Of a stretch of DNA of 64,000 nucleotides, positions 1 to 9,251 are shown piece after piece. Each line of letters opens with the position of its first letter. Positions within the stretch are counted from its first letter, which is position 1. Source of the stretch: a virus; IMG/VR virus record IMGVR_UViG_3300027972_000007, positions 106,171 through 170,170 of that record, one strand, 5' to 3'. The notes beneath the pieces are model-generated. The model was given only the letters and a program-made list of their open reading frames with translations. It searched no databases and was not told where the DNA came from. The translations under genes and the position numbers were made by a program.

Positions 1-116
1 AGATTATTTTTTGGACTTTTTCGAGTAATAATAGTTACATTATGTCCTTTATTGATATATTTTTTGGCTAAATGTGAACCTATAAAACCTTTTCCGCCAG
101 TAATTAAAATATTCAT
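1..116 (-). CDS. NAD-dependent epimerase/dehydratase (partial, runs off the window)
   Basis: Own translation MNILITGGKGFIGSHLAKK has the Rossmann GxxGxxG motif; ATGA overlap with the upstream stop. Confidence 0.75.
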   Translation of the reverse strand, partial: MNILITGGKGFIGSHLAKKYINKGHNVTIITRKSPKNN

Positions 117-1492
117 TTTATCCACTCCTTCCCAACTTTCAAAAACGATTGTAAATCTTCCGGAGTACCTAATCCAAACATTTTTTCTACTGAATAGATT
201 TTAATTTTCTTTCCATCTTTTATCGCTTGATTAAAAACTGGACAAACATAATATTCATTATTAACTCTAATATTTTCTTTAATCATTTCTTCTGCATATT
301 TTACATAATCTTTTCCTCTACTCCAATAATAAATACCAACTGTTGCATTATCACTTATTGGTTTTTTCTCTGCAACTTCACTAACTATTCCATTTTCATC
401 AGCTTTAGCATAAGACCATTTTGGATGAACATTTTTGAATGTTAAAATTCCGCCATCTACTCTATTTTCTATCATATTATACATAAAATCGCTACTATCC
501 CAAACAATAAATTGATCTGAATTAGCAACAATTAAACTTTCATCATTATCAATATATTCTTTAGCTAATAACGTCGTACATGCAGCTCCTTCAGTAGTAT
601 CTTTAACTGTGATTATCTTACAGTTTGGGGCTAATATATTTAATAAATAATTCAAATTATATTTATTATAGTGTTCTTCTTTCACAATAAAGATATAATT
701 GGCGTCAATATCTAAATTATCGACGACAACTTGTATCATTGGTTTACCTAAAACGTCTATCAATGGTTTTGGAAAAGTATAATTGGCATCGATAAACCGT
801 TTCCCATCTCCTGCCATTGGTATTAAAATATTCATATTATCACCTTTCCATTTTTTTCTATTTTTCAAATTTTCTAACTTATTTATAAATCCAATTATAT
901 TTTTTCTATTAGTTTCTTCAATATTTTTTACAATAAATAAATTTGCTTTGCTTGCCATTGCAGAACTAACTCCTACTTTTGAATCTTCAATTATGACAGT
1001 TTCATCAGGCGAAACAGAACATGAAGTCATACATTTTAAATATATTTCACAATTTGGTTTAGGAGTTTTTACATCTTCATTACTCAAATAATCATCTATA
1101 AACTCAATTAAACCCAATTTTAATAAATATATTTTAGTTGTTTCACGAATAGAATTTGACGCGACCCAAATTTTTATATTTTTACTTTTTAATTCTTTAA
1201 ATAATTCAATTATTTCATTGTTTGGATGAATTAATGTTTTTATTTCATCAATAGTAAATTTTTGCTTATCATTCCAAATTTGTTGATATTTTGATTTAGG
1301 TAATTTTTTTGTTTTTGATAATATTTGCAACTTTTTATTTGTTGGTAATCCGTCAAAAATAGAAAGATGTTCAGCATAAGAAATTACATATTTTTTATTA
1401 ACTTTTTCTAATGCTTTGTTTAAAGCATTAAAATGAGCTTCTTTGCTCTTAACCAACACGCCGTCTAAATCAAAAATTATCAATTTTATCAT
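113..1492 (-). CDS. HAD phosphatase fused to a sugar-phosphate nucleotidyltransferase
   Basis: N-terminal FDLDGVL and IIEDS HAD motifs; C-terminal ILIPMAGDGKRF...PKPL, EKKP and GLGTPEDL nucleotidyltransferase motifs. Confidence 0.85.
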   Translation of the reverse strand: MIKLIIFDLDGVLVKSKEAHFNALNKALEKVNKKYVISYAEHLSIFDGLPTNKKLQILSKTKKLPKSKYQQIWNDKQKFTIDEIKTLIHPNNEIIELFKELKSKNIKIWVASNSIRETTKIYLLKLGLIEFIDDYLSNEDVKTPKPNCEIYLKCMTSCSVSPDETVIIEDSKVGVSSAMASKANLFIVKNIEETNRKNIIGFINKLENLKNRKKWKGDNMNILIPMAGDGKRFIDANYTFPKPLIDVLGKPMIQVVVDNLDIDANYIFIVKEEHYNKYNLNYLLNILAPNCKIITVKDTTEGAACTTLLAKEYIDNDESLIVANSDQFIVWDSSDFMYNMIENRVDGGILTFKNVHPKWSYAKADENGIVSEVAEKKPISDNATVGIYYWSRGKDYVKYAEEMIKENIRVNNEYYVCPVFNQAIKDGKKIKIYSVEKMFGLGTPEDLQSFLKVGKEWIK

Positions 1493-1493
1493 G

Positions 1494-1772
<279 letters not shown>

Positions 1773-2165
1773 TTATTTTATTTTTAATAAAATGTCGCAT
1801 TTATTGAGAGGCCAAATTTCTTTACAAACATTTGAAAGTCCTGTTTCGCAATTTGTTCCATCTATCCAAACTTCATAACTTTTTCCTGTATCTTCATCTA
1901 TTTCAGGTAAATTTTTTACATATTCCTTTAACTGTTTTATGGTTAATCCATTTTCATTAACTAATTTTTCATGTTTTTTGATAATAGAAACATTTTTTAA
2001 AATTGTAAAAAATTTCTGACCAAGAAAATCAACTTTTGTTACTGTTTTTAAATCGTCTCCAAAATTTCTTAAAACAAAATGTTCAAATTCATTTTCTGGG
2101 TATATTTCTATCGAATTTTCTACAAATAATTTATTTAATTCGCCGTTATGAAATGTAACTTTCAT
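1773..2165 (-). CDS. hypothetical protein
   Basis: ORF with an AAGGA RBS, packed in the operon. Confidence 0.55.
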   Translation of the reverse strand: MKVTFHNGELNKLFVENSIEIYPENEFEHFVLRNFGDDLKTVTKVDFLGQKFFTILKNVSIIKKHEKLVNENGLTIKQLKEYVKNLPEIDEDTGKSYEVWIDGTNCETGLSNVCKEIWPLNKCDILLKIK

Positions 2166-2177
2166 GTATCATTCCTT

Positions 2178-2801
2178 TCATAAACAATATTTCTTAACTA
2201 AATATAAAAATTTATCTGGCAATTTTTTATAACTTTTTTGAAATACTTCAGGCATTTCTCTAACAATTTCTTTTACTTCATATGGAGCTTTTTTATACCA
2301 TTTTCTTAACTCTCTAACTGAAGAAATAAAATATAGATATGCATTCATTTCTTGTATTTCTTTATTTATTTTAAATGGCAAATTATATTTTTTTATTAAA
2401 TCAATTACTCTTTTCTCGCAATCCAATTCCAATAATATATCTGTATCGATCATTAAATCAATTTCTTTTTTAGTAAAATTCTTTCCAGCGAGCCAATCAT
2501 CACTATTATATTGTCTCGAAATTTTATCATAATACTTCCAAATTTTATTCTTTTCTTTCCATTGCAAAAAATGACAATATTCATGAATAAAATTTTTATA
2601 CCACCGTAATACTGGTTTTCTAGTTCCTATAGTTAGAGTTTTTGCGTCGTCATCCCAACAAGCACTAGATTTTATACCGTTTTCGACAATAATTTTTTCT
2701 TTATTTTCAAAAATAACTTTACAATTATTTGTTAAAATATCAATTAAAATATGGCCTAAAAAGAATTTTTTATAAAAAGCGTCGAGGGATTTATTTTTCA
2801 T
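2178..2801 (-). CDS. putative zinc metallopeptidase (HExxH)
   Basis: FIHEYCH followed by a downstream ELDCE. Confidence 0.55.
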   Translation of the reverse strand: MKNKSLDAFYKKFFLGHILIDILTNNCKVIFENKEKIIVENGIKSSACWDDDAKTLTIGTRKPVLRWYKNFIHEYCHFLQWKEKNKIWKYYDKISRQYNSDDWLAGKNFTKKEIDLMIDTDILLELDCEKRVIDLIKKYNLPFKINKEIQEMNAYLYFISSVRELRKWYKKAPYEVKEIVREMPEVFQKSYKKLPDKFLYLVKKYCL

Positions 2802-2803
2802 AA

Positions 2804-3649
2804 TTAATAATTTTCAAATAAATAATCTACTTCAAAATGACATGAATTAACATCTAAATTATACAGATTCTTCGTACTAATTACAAAATTATTTATAAAC
2901 TTTTCGTTTAATGACTTTAATGAATAATCTTCTTTATTCCCACATACATTTTTAAAAACTGTTTGCGTTAAATTATTTGGTATTGATAGTGTTTTTGCTT
3001 TTTCAAAAAACAATATTTTTTCATTAAAATTCCATTTTAACTGATGCATACCTGATTCTAATGTATTTGGATTATTAAAAGATATTCTTTTTAAAATATT
3101 TTTCAATAAAATTGTTGTATAAATATGAGTATTAATACATGAAGGATACGACCAATCTGAATATTCAATTTTGCTATCTATTAAATATTGTTTCCAATTC
3201 CACGAATATGCCTGTTGATTACTATTAATTGAATGATATGTTTCAAAATATCTTGGAGGATCTGAATGTGTTTTGGAAGGGTATGAATAATTTAATGTTG
3301 GATGCATTCTTAATGATATACAATGTAATTTATCAAATTTTAAAAAATCTAAAAAACCAGAAATAGGAAAATTGCGTATAATAACTTCATCATCTACTAA
3401 AATGAGTGAATATTGTTCTTTAATATTATTTACATAATTTCTAAAATCATTAACAAAATTATTTTCGTTAATCCAATTTAAATTTGGATATTTAGATATA
3501 ATTTTATCATAACCAATTTTAAAATAATTATCAGAATATTTATATAAAATTCCTATATTTTTTAATTCTGTAAAATTATCATAAATTGATCTCAGCAATA
3601 AATCGAGCTGGCATGCACGATCTTTAGAAAAAATTAAACAATTTAACAT
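2804..3649 (-). CDS. putative glycosyltransferase (GT-A-like)
   Basis: IFSKDRACQLDLLLRS N-terminus, LVDD motif, NPNTLE. Confidence 0.6.
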   Translation of the reverse strand: MLNCLIFSKDRACQLDLLLRSIYDNFTELKNIGILYKYSDNYFKIGYDKIISKYPNLNWINENNFVNDFRNYVNNIKEQYSLILVDDEVIIRNFPISGFLDFLKFDKLHCISLRMHPTLNYSYPSKTHSDPPRYFETYHSINSNQQAYSWNWKQYLIDSKIEYSDWSYPSCINTHIYTTILLKNILKRISFNNPNTLESGMHQLKWNFNEKILFFEKAKTLSIPNNLTQTVFKNVCGNKEDYSLKSLNEKFINNFVISTKNLYNLDVNSCHFEVDYLFENY

Positions 3650-3733
3650 TATTTTTTACCTTTATGATGTTGCGGTTGGAATGCCAAATAAAATACAAAA
3701 TACTGACGATATAACCAACAAACAAAAACTCTA

Positions 3734-3934
3734 TCACTCGCATCTTTTGCCGTGGTAAAGCCTGCATTTGTTGCGCGATTTAGGAGGTTGCCTCCATAAT
3801 TTCAGCGGTGCGGGGCTTACGGCTATATAAGGGTGGCCGGATTCATACGCCAGCACGCCTTCCCGACTTCGAGCATATAGCAACCCCTGGCAGCCGTCAA
3901 CCCTAATGCTGTCTATCGCACAGCCTATAATCAT
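3734..3934 (-). CDS. cassette ORF, hypothetical
   Basis: GAGG RBS after core GTTGCGC at 3960; matching R'' GCGCAAC at 3770-3776. Confidence 0.5.
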   Translation of the reverse strand: MIIGCAIDSIRVDGCQGLLYARSREGVLAYESGHPYIAVSPAPLKLWRQPPKSRNKCRLYHGKRCE

Positions 3935-3953
3935 AAAAGCAACCTCTTATTTC

Positions 3954-4123
3954 GCGCAACGACTGGCTATGCCTGAAGTTGCCGCTTTACAATATCTAAC
4001 ATAGCTTTCGCGCCTGCCATATACCATCGTACTAACAGCGGATCATTATTTTTTCGCAAACCACCGGATAATTCTTCCTTATATTTGCTGAATAACGGCA
4101 ATTTTAGGCATGTTTTGTTGGTG
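3954..4123 (-). repeat. attC-like site
   Basis: Minus strand CACCAAC...ATGCCTAAAATTGCCG / CGGCAACTTCAGGCAT...GTTGCGC. Confidence 0.65.
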
Positions 4124-4278
4124 GATGGTTTATGGCATTCCTTAATGTAAGCACGAATGTACTTCCACGCTTCGGTTTGCCAACCATACAGTTTCGGTGG
4201 TAACATCGGACTATCACACACACTATCCATAACACAACAGGCATGTTCAATATTTGTATAAATTACAGATTCATTCAT
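3967..4278 (-). CDS. cassette ORF, hypothetical
   Basis: MNESVIY start overlaps (ATGA) the stop of 4275..4484; ends inside the attC-like site. Confidence 0.45.
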   Translation of the reverse strand: MNESVIYTNIEHACCVMDSVCDSPMLPPKLYGWQTEAWKYIRAYIKECHKPSTNKTCLKLPLFSKYKEELSGGLRKNNDPLLVRWYMAGAKAMLDIVKRQLQA

Positions 4279-4484
4279 TCGTGCCTCCAATGTAAAATTG
4301 CCAAAACTTTTCCGAGCGATTCTTTGGCACACTGAAGCATCTCACCTATAGTAATATTAGAAGCAGGCTCAAAAGCCAGTTGCTCATAATACCCACGATA
4401 TGAATGCGGCGAGTTAAACCCATTTGGAACAACAAGGTCGGCTTCCTCTTGTTCGAGACGAGAAATTAAACTTTGTAAATCCAT
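4275..4484 (-). CDS. cassette ORF, hypothetical (possibly truncated)
   Basis: AAGGA RBS; MDLQSLISRLE...SPHSYRGYYEQLAFEP. Confidence 0.55.
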   Translation of the reverse strand: MDLQSLISRLEQEEADLVVPNGFNSPHSYRGYYEQLAFEPASNITIGEMLQCAKESLGKVLAILHWRHE

Positions 4485-4537
4485 GTTTCTGTTCCTTTCT
4501 TGGCGCGGCATATAACTTAAAAAGTCAAGGCTATTGC

Positions 4538-4630
4538 GCCTAACGTTCTCAGCAACGGGTGCTGGAAACGCCTATAATAAAATCTAATCATTAATATCCT
4601 GCGTTTCTGGCATCCCTTGCTGTGTTGTGC
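4538..4630 (-). repeat. attC-like site
   Basis: Minus strand GCACAAC-ACAGCAAGGGATGCCAGAAACGC...GCGTTTCCAGCACCCGTTGCTG-AGAAC-GTTAGGC. Confidence 0.75.
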
Positions 4631-4763
4631 GAAGTTTGCGATGATTCCTTAATTTAGCCACCGCATAATCGTATGTATCGCACTTATCAACTTCAAAAAT
4701 CTTACATGGAAGCGTACACATTTTTTGGATGGGGCACTTTTGGCATAAAGAAACAAATGGCAT
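4584..4763 (-). CDS. cassette ORF, Cys-rich 59-aa hypothetical (not in the ORF track)
   Basis: GGAGG RBS; MPFVSLCQKCPIQKMCTLPCK; stop lies in the attC loop. Confidence 0.5.
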   Translation of the reverse strand: MPFVSLCQKCPIQKMCTLPCKIFEVDKCDTYDYAVAKLRNHRKLRTTQQGMPETQDIND

Positions 4764-4810
4764 AATACCTCCCTGCGGTGGCCTACTTATATATACTCAT
4801 CGCAAATTTT

Positions 4811-4885
4811 GCACAACGTCCGACAAATGGTGAAGTTTTTGTACTCAAAAATTTGCGGGTACTCCCCACCATTTGTTTGTTGTAC
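4811..4885 (-). repeat. attC-like site
   Basis: Minus strand GTACAAC-AAACAAATGGTG...CACCATTTGT-CGGAC-GTTGTGC. Confidence 0.8.
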
Positions 4886-4889
4886 GAAG

Positions 4890-5078
4890 TTAATTGGCGA
4901 CTCCGCTTTCTTCTGCCGCCACATCTTCGACGAACTCCGCCGAAGCGTCAGGATTTTTTTCAAGCTGCTTGATAGCGTTACAGAGTTGCTCTTTGCCAAT
5001 AGCCAACTGGAAACCAATACGCGCTTCGGTCAAATTGTGCCTTGCATTTTCGAGAACTTCCAAAACCGATAGAGACAT
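4890..5078 (-). CDS. cassette ORF, hypothetical
   Basis: AAGGA RBS; stops just before the R'' core. Confidence 0.55.
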   Translation of the reverse strand: MSLSVLEVLENARHNLTEARIGFQLAIGKEQLCNAIKQLEKNPDASAEFVEDVAAEESGVAN

Positions 5079-5130
5079 AACCGATCCTTTCTTTGTGGCG
5101 GCCTATAATAAAGACTCACCAATTAATTTT

Positions 5131-5272
5131 GTACAACGTTCTTCGCTACTGGTGCTGTTTGTGTGGACACTCGCCCACGTAAATACACGCCAGTTTATCA
5201 CCAACATTGCCTGTTGAATGCTCACACTCCGCACTATTGAGAGCACAAATGGCATCCATAGCGCTGTTGTGC
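5131..5272 (-). repeat. attC-like site
   Basis: Minus strand GCACAAC-AGCGCTATGGATGCCATTTGTG...CACAAACAGCACCAGTAGCG-AAGAAC-GTTGTAC. Confidence 0.75.
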
Positions 5273-5376
5273 GATATAAAATTTTTTTCAACAAGTATTA
5301 ATGCTTCTGTAACCTCTATTGAGTGTGGAAAAGGTATTGAATTTAATATTATATCATAAGCATCTTTATTAGTCAT
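5146..5376 (-). CDS. cassette ORF, hypothetical
   Basis: GGAG RBS then MTNKDAY; C-terminus is encoded through the attC-like site. Confidence 0.5.
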   Translation of the reverse strand: MTNKDAYDIILNSIPFPHSIEVTEALILVEKNFISHNSAMDAICALNSAECEHSTGNVGDKLACIYVGECPHKQHQ

Positions 5377-5402
5377 ATAATCTCCAGAAAAAATTTTATT
5401 GC

Positions 5403-5550
5403 GTACAACGTTCACCGCACTGCGCGAAGTTGCGCTAAAACTGCATTAAAATCATCATATTGAGCTAATGTTAATTTATCAGACAACTGTTGTTGTAAAG
5501 AAATTATTCACCGTTCAATAAAAGCAATTTTGTTGCTGCGGTTGTTGGCT
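5403..5550 (-). repeat. attC-like site
   Basis: Minus strand AGCCAAC-AACCGCAGCAACAAAATTGC...GCAACTTCGCGCAGTGCGGT-GAAC-GTTGTAC. Confidence 0.7.
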
Positions 5551-5750
5551 GTGCCCAGCCCACCTGCTACACCCCCGCTGTGCTGCGCTTCAATGTTTCC
5601 TTCTTGCCGGGCGATCTTCCAATCTTTTTCGTCAACAATAACGTGGCCTTCTGGTAAGTTTTTCTTAAACTCCATGCCCGGATGCCTGTGAAGAAACCCC
5701 ACCGTATCATTTACTGGATACCCCAAATATTCCTGCTTAAACACTTGCAT
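5508..5750 (-). CDS. cassette ORF, hypothetical
   Basis: AAGGAA RBS then MQVFKQE. Confidence 0.5.
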   Translation of the reverse strand: MQVFKQEYLGYPVNDTVGFLHRHPGMEFKKNLPEGHVIVDEKDWKIARQEGNIEAQHSGGVAGGLGTANNRSNKIAFIER

Positions 5751-5794
5751 AAAGTTCCTTTCTTTCGCCCGGCCTATAATCAGCGCAGCATTGC

Positions 5795-5953
5795 AGCCAA
5801 CGGATTGCAAAGGCATGAAGTTAAGCCCTATAAATAGGACAATAAATAACAGCTCCATGCCCTTTACAATTAAAACCATCCTTTTCACCAACAAAAAACT
5901 CGGAACATTCCTTATTATTACAAGGCTTAATTTTATTCTTTGTCGTGTTGGCT
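5795..5953 (-). repeat. attC-like site
   Basis: Minus strand AGCCAAC-ACGACAAAGAATAAAATTAAGCC...GGCTTAACTTCATGCCTTTGCA-ATCC-GTTGGCT. Confidence 0.7.
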
Positions 5954-6138
5954 GTGCCCTGCCCACCTGCTACGCCCCCGCTGTGCTGCGCTTCCACCTG
6001 CTCTTGTGCGGCGATCTTTTCTTGTATCAGTTTTGCTTTCCAAATTTCCAGAAGAGCAATAGATTCCGCAAAAGTATAATCACTCTTATAAACCTGCTGC
6101 CCATTAAATTCAACAATTGACATCGTTCTGGTCTTCAT
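5821..6138 (-). CDS. cassette ORF, hypothetical
   Basis: GAGGAG RBS then MKTRTMS. Confidence 0.55.
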   Translation of the reverse strand: MKTRTMSIVEFNGQQVYKSDYTFAESIALLEIWKAKLIQEKIAAQEQVEAQHSGGVAGGQGTANTTKNKIKPCNNKECSEFFVGEKDGFNCKGHGAVIYCPIYRA

Positions 6139-6217
6139 TTTTACTCCTCGCCGCACCTATAATCAGCGCAGCATTGCAGCCAACTATACAAAGTATGTAA
6201 TAACTATATATGTATAT

Positions 6218-6415
6218 CTATTTCTTCTTTTCATTATAACTCAATATATTATCAACATTTACATGCATTTCTTTTAACATTTTAATTGCTGCTTTTTCTA
6301 AAAAATATGATAATGAACCACAAGACTTTTTACAACCTAATTTTTTAGAATTTAAACAACAAGTTTCAGTTAATTTACTATTCCACATAATTGTTGTCGT
6401 TTTTTTATTTATCAT
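6218..6415 (-). CDS. small protein, possibly ribbon-helix-helix
   Basis: KTTTIMW...GSLSYFLEKAA pattern; lies downstream of a TTGACT promoter. Confidence 0.35.
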   Translation of the reverse strand: MINKKTTTIMWNSKLTETCCLNSKKLGCKKSCGSLSYFLEKAAIKMLKEMHVNVDNILSYNEKKK

Positions 6416-6422
6416 ATTTATA

Positions 6423-6451
6423 ATATATATTATAATAAGAAATAAGTCAAG
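6423..6451 (-). promoter_or_regulatory. sigma70-like promoter upstream of the cassette array
   Basis: TTGACT-N17-TATATT on the minus strand; CTTGACTT recurs near 4525, 10215 and 32838. Confidence 0.5.
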
Positions 6452-6462
6452 ATAAAAATAAA

Positions 6463-7281
6463 TTATTTTCGGATTAATGACGCTATAATATCGTCATTTA
6501 AAATTTCTATCTTAACCATAGTTGTTGACATTTCAACCCAATTAGCCTGTCCTGGTTGTATTATAACTGTTTTGCCAATATTAGTTTTCCATACGCCGGT
6601 AATAGAATAAGATTCATGAATGTGGCCACATAATACTAATAATGGTTGAGTTTTTTCTATCCACTTATATATTGATTTCGAACCGACTCGTTTGCCATTA
6701 GAACAAACATCTAATTCCAATCCATGTGGTGGCTGGTGAATAGACATTATAGTTTTATTATCAACATTTATTTTATCTAAATCTTCTTCTATAGTTGTTC
6801 TCTCTCTAAAATATTTTTCTACGTCGTTTATTATATAATAACCATTTTTATCAAAATCGCATGGCGTTCCAATATATGGTTCATTACATTTCCAACCAGA
6901 ATAATCTAATTTGCATGCTGCTTTTAATCCGAACGGGTAATCTAATACATAAGGATACGATTTAAAATCGTATTCGCCATAATTAAAATATTTCATTTCG
7001 TCTAATAATTTACCATATTTTCTGAAATTTTCTTTCCAAACATACAAATCATCATTACCGAAAGATGTAAGAATTTCTATATCATTTCTTTTGCATGTTG
7101 TATAAAAATTCTTTAAAAATCCTTTAATAAATTTCTTTTGAGTATTAAATATATCATTTCCTTTTGGCAATATATCTGCACCGAGATGAATTAAATTTAT
7201 CTCATTTTCAATAGCAAAATTAAAAACATTTTCATAATGTTTTTCTTTGCCGTGCAAATCTGTAGCATATAAAAATTTCAT
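6463..7281 (-). CDS. metallophosphoesterase (Icc-like)
   Basis: TDLHG, GADI, GNDD, HQPP and CGHIHE motifs. Confidence 0.85.
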   Translation of the reverse strand: MKFLYATDLHGKEKHYENVFNFAIENEINLIHLGADILPKGNDIFNTQKKFIKGFLKNFYTTCKRNDIEILTSFGNDDLYVWKENFRKYGKLLDEMKYFNYGEYDFKSYPYVLDYPFGLKAACKLDYSGWKCNEPYIGTPCDFDKNGYYIINDVEKYFRERTTIEEDLDKINVDNKTIMSIHQPPHGLELDVCSNGKRVGSKSIYKWIEKTQPLLVLCGHIHESYSITGVWKTNIGKTVIIQPGQANWVEMSTTMVKIEILNDDIIASLIRK

Positions 7282-8102
7282 AATTTTTTTAACAGATTAT
7301 CCCATAACCAATTTTCTGGTACTGTATATTTTTTTGCTTCTTCAAAATTTTCCTTAACATACTCTAATTTTTCATTATAATCTTTTTCGCTAATATTTTT
7401 TAAAATAACATCTAATTCATCTAATGTTCGAAAATGATAAAAACCATCTAAATTAAAAAATTTACCGATACTTGGGCAACCCCAATAAATAGGAATTACT
7501 CCTGTAACAAAACAATCAATAATTTTTTCAGTAAAATAATAATCAAAACTTCCATTTTCAACTACTATTTGATAACGATAATCTTTCAAAGCTTCCAACT
7601 TATACTCAATCTCTTTATATCCTCTTCCGGCAATAAAATCAATTTTATCTTTAAACTTTTCTATTATTTGATGTCTCAAAATATGACCGTCAGTATGTTT
7701 TTTATTACTAAAAATAACAGATAAATTTTTAGATTTTTCATATAATAACTGATCTTTTTCTTCAATCCAACAGCCTGAAGAAGGAATAAATTTAAAATTC
7801 ATTCCGCGCTTTAAAATATCTCTATTATACGTTAAAATATAGGTAAATTTTTGACTATTATTAAACAAAAAATCATAACCACTTCTATTAATATAAATCG
7901 GCTCAAAAATAGTTGCTATATTAATATCACTTTTATTATTAATAGTATCTATTTCATGAATATGATTGCCAGTAAAAAAAGTTATTTTTTGTTTTGTATC
8001 AGTTCGATTCCAGATAAAGTTTTTTGGAATAACTTTTAAATTGCCATTACTGATAGAATGTGTATGTGCAAAAGACGAATCTCTTAATCTTATTTCATTC
8101 AT
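7278..8102 (-). CDS. glycosyltransferase, GT10 (fucosyltransferase)-like
   Basis: YRYQIVVEN...YFTEKIIDCFVTGVIPIYWG. Confidence 0.8.
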   Translation of the reverse strand: MNEIRLRDSSFAHTHSISNGNLKVIPKNFIWNRTDTKQKITFFTGNHIHEIDTINNKSDINIATIFEPIYINRSGYDFLFNNSQKFTYILTYNRDILKRGMNFKFIPSSGCWIEEKDQLLYEKSKNLSVIFSNKKHTDGHILRHQIIEKFKDKIDFIAGRGYKEIEYKLEALKDYRYQIVVENGSFDYYFTEKIIDCFVTGVIPIYWGCPSIGKFFNLDGFYHFRTLDELDVILKNISEKDYNEKLEYVKENFEEAKKYTVPENWLWDNLLKKL

Positions 8103-8130
8103 GTTTATTCTACTTCTTTAATTAATATTA

Positions 8131-8325
8131 TTACTGGACTTTTATCGTAAAATCAACAATATTTATTTTCATATTTTTAATCTGGGATAACCACCAATTT
8201 ATCATTGTATCATATTCTTTATTACATTTATCGCATATATGATATGTTTTAATTCCGCGATAAAGAATCGATATATTTTTCTCCATTTTTCTTCCACAAC
8301 GATCACAAGTATAAGTTGCTGACAT
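8131..8325 (-). CDS. small zinc-finger protein
   Basis: CDRCG...CDKC; GGAGG RBS. Confidence 0.5.
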   Translation of the reverse strand: MSATYTCDRCGRKMEKNISILYRGIKTYHICDKCNKEYDTMINWWLSQIKNMKINIVDFTIKVQ

Positions 8326-8346
8326 TAAAAACCTCCTAATTCTAAT

Positions 8347-9063
8347 TTATTTCAATTCCATAATTCTTTTAAAACAATCGTGTTGCAACGATACATTAAC
8401 ATCATGGTCATTTAAATTAGTTTCCAAGTTATAAATATAATTAATATCTTCAGTATATAAAATTTTATCTTCTCCAGCCATTTCAATCATTGGAGTATAT
8501 ATAGCAGCATCGCCAGCCATTCGCCAATAATAATTTGTTACTGGGTCTATTAATTTTTGTTTATCGATTTTTCTGAAAAGAAATGCTTTAAATGTTCTTA
8601 AATGAGATGACGACCATGATAATTTTCTTAATTGATTAAATGGTTGCGGTTTTTTAGAAAAGCCTTTGATTATGCTATCCTTATTATTATATATTAAAAA
8701 TTGCCCGAATGTCATTAAAATATTATTTTTATAATAATTTACTATTCTATCAAAAACACTTTTATCATTTTCTGGCAACCAATCATCTAAATCAATAGAA
8801 ACACAAACATCATCATCTTTTATTTCAGGATTTTGTATTGTTTCATAATAATTGCCTGGTACATATAATTTTTTTGTATTACTGATTAAATTAAATCGTT
8901 TATCATTTTTAATTAAATCTTGCAAATACAATTGGCTTCCATCATTCGAACAATCATCACGAATATATGCTTTCCAATCGCCATAATTCTGGTTTAAAAT
9001 AGAATTTATGGTTCTATGAACGTATGAACTATAATTATAGCCGCATAAAATTAATCGTAACAT
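8347..9063 (-). CDS. glycosyltransferase family 2
   Basis: YN...SILNQNY...DDCSND and DLDD motifs; start moved to MLRLIL. Confidence 0.8.
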   Translation of the reverse strand: MLRLILCGYNYSSYVHRTINSILNQNYGDWKAYIRDDCSNDGSQLYLQDLIKNDKRFNLISNTKKLYVPGNYYETIQNPEIKDDDVCVSIDLDDWLPENDKSVFDRIVNYYKNNILMTFGQFLIYNNKDSIIKGFSKKPQPFNQLRKLSWSSSHLRTFKAFLFRKIDKQKLIDPVTNYYWRMAGDAAIYTPMIEMAGEDKILYTEDINYIYNLETNLNDHDVNVSLQHDCFKRIMELK

Positions 9064-9064
9064 T

Positions 9065-9238
9065 TTAATCCTTTTGAAAACAACCACGTAAAAAACTAAT
9101 AACACCGAAAAGTAGTGCTAAAATAATACCAATCGTCCAAATTCCACCCTTCGTTGTTGCCTTGGTAACAACTCGCCTTATACTTTTTCCTGCATTTTCA
9201 AATCCATTATTAATTTTATCAAATAATATTACATCCAT
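9065..9238 (-). CDS. small membrane protein (57 aa, not in the ORF track)
   Basis: GGAG RBS; own translation has the hydrophobic stretch GIWTIGIILALLFGVISFL. Confidence 0.5.
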   Translation of the reverse strand: MDVILFDKINNGFENAGKSIRRVVTKATTKGGIWTIGIILALLFGVISFLRGCFQKD

Positions 9239-9251
9239 AAATTAACTCCAT

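Larger units (their letters stand above)
3734..6184 (-). mobile_element. integron-like gene cassette array without integrase (CALIN-like): seven cassettes, six complete attC-like sites and one truncated
   Basis: GC-richer island of short minus-strand ORFs, each followed by an imperfect hairpin bounded by ...AAC and GTT... cores; R'' of most cassettes is complementary to that cassette's own first bases. Confidence 0.75.

Noticed and set aside
5544-6184. DGR template/variable repeat pair
   Set aside because: Differences are not adenine-specific, no reverse transcriptase is present, and the repeats are explained as cassette ends
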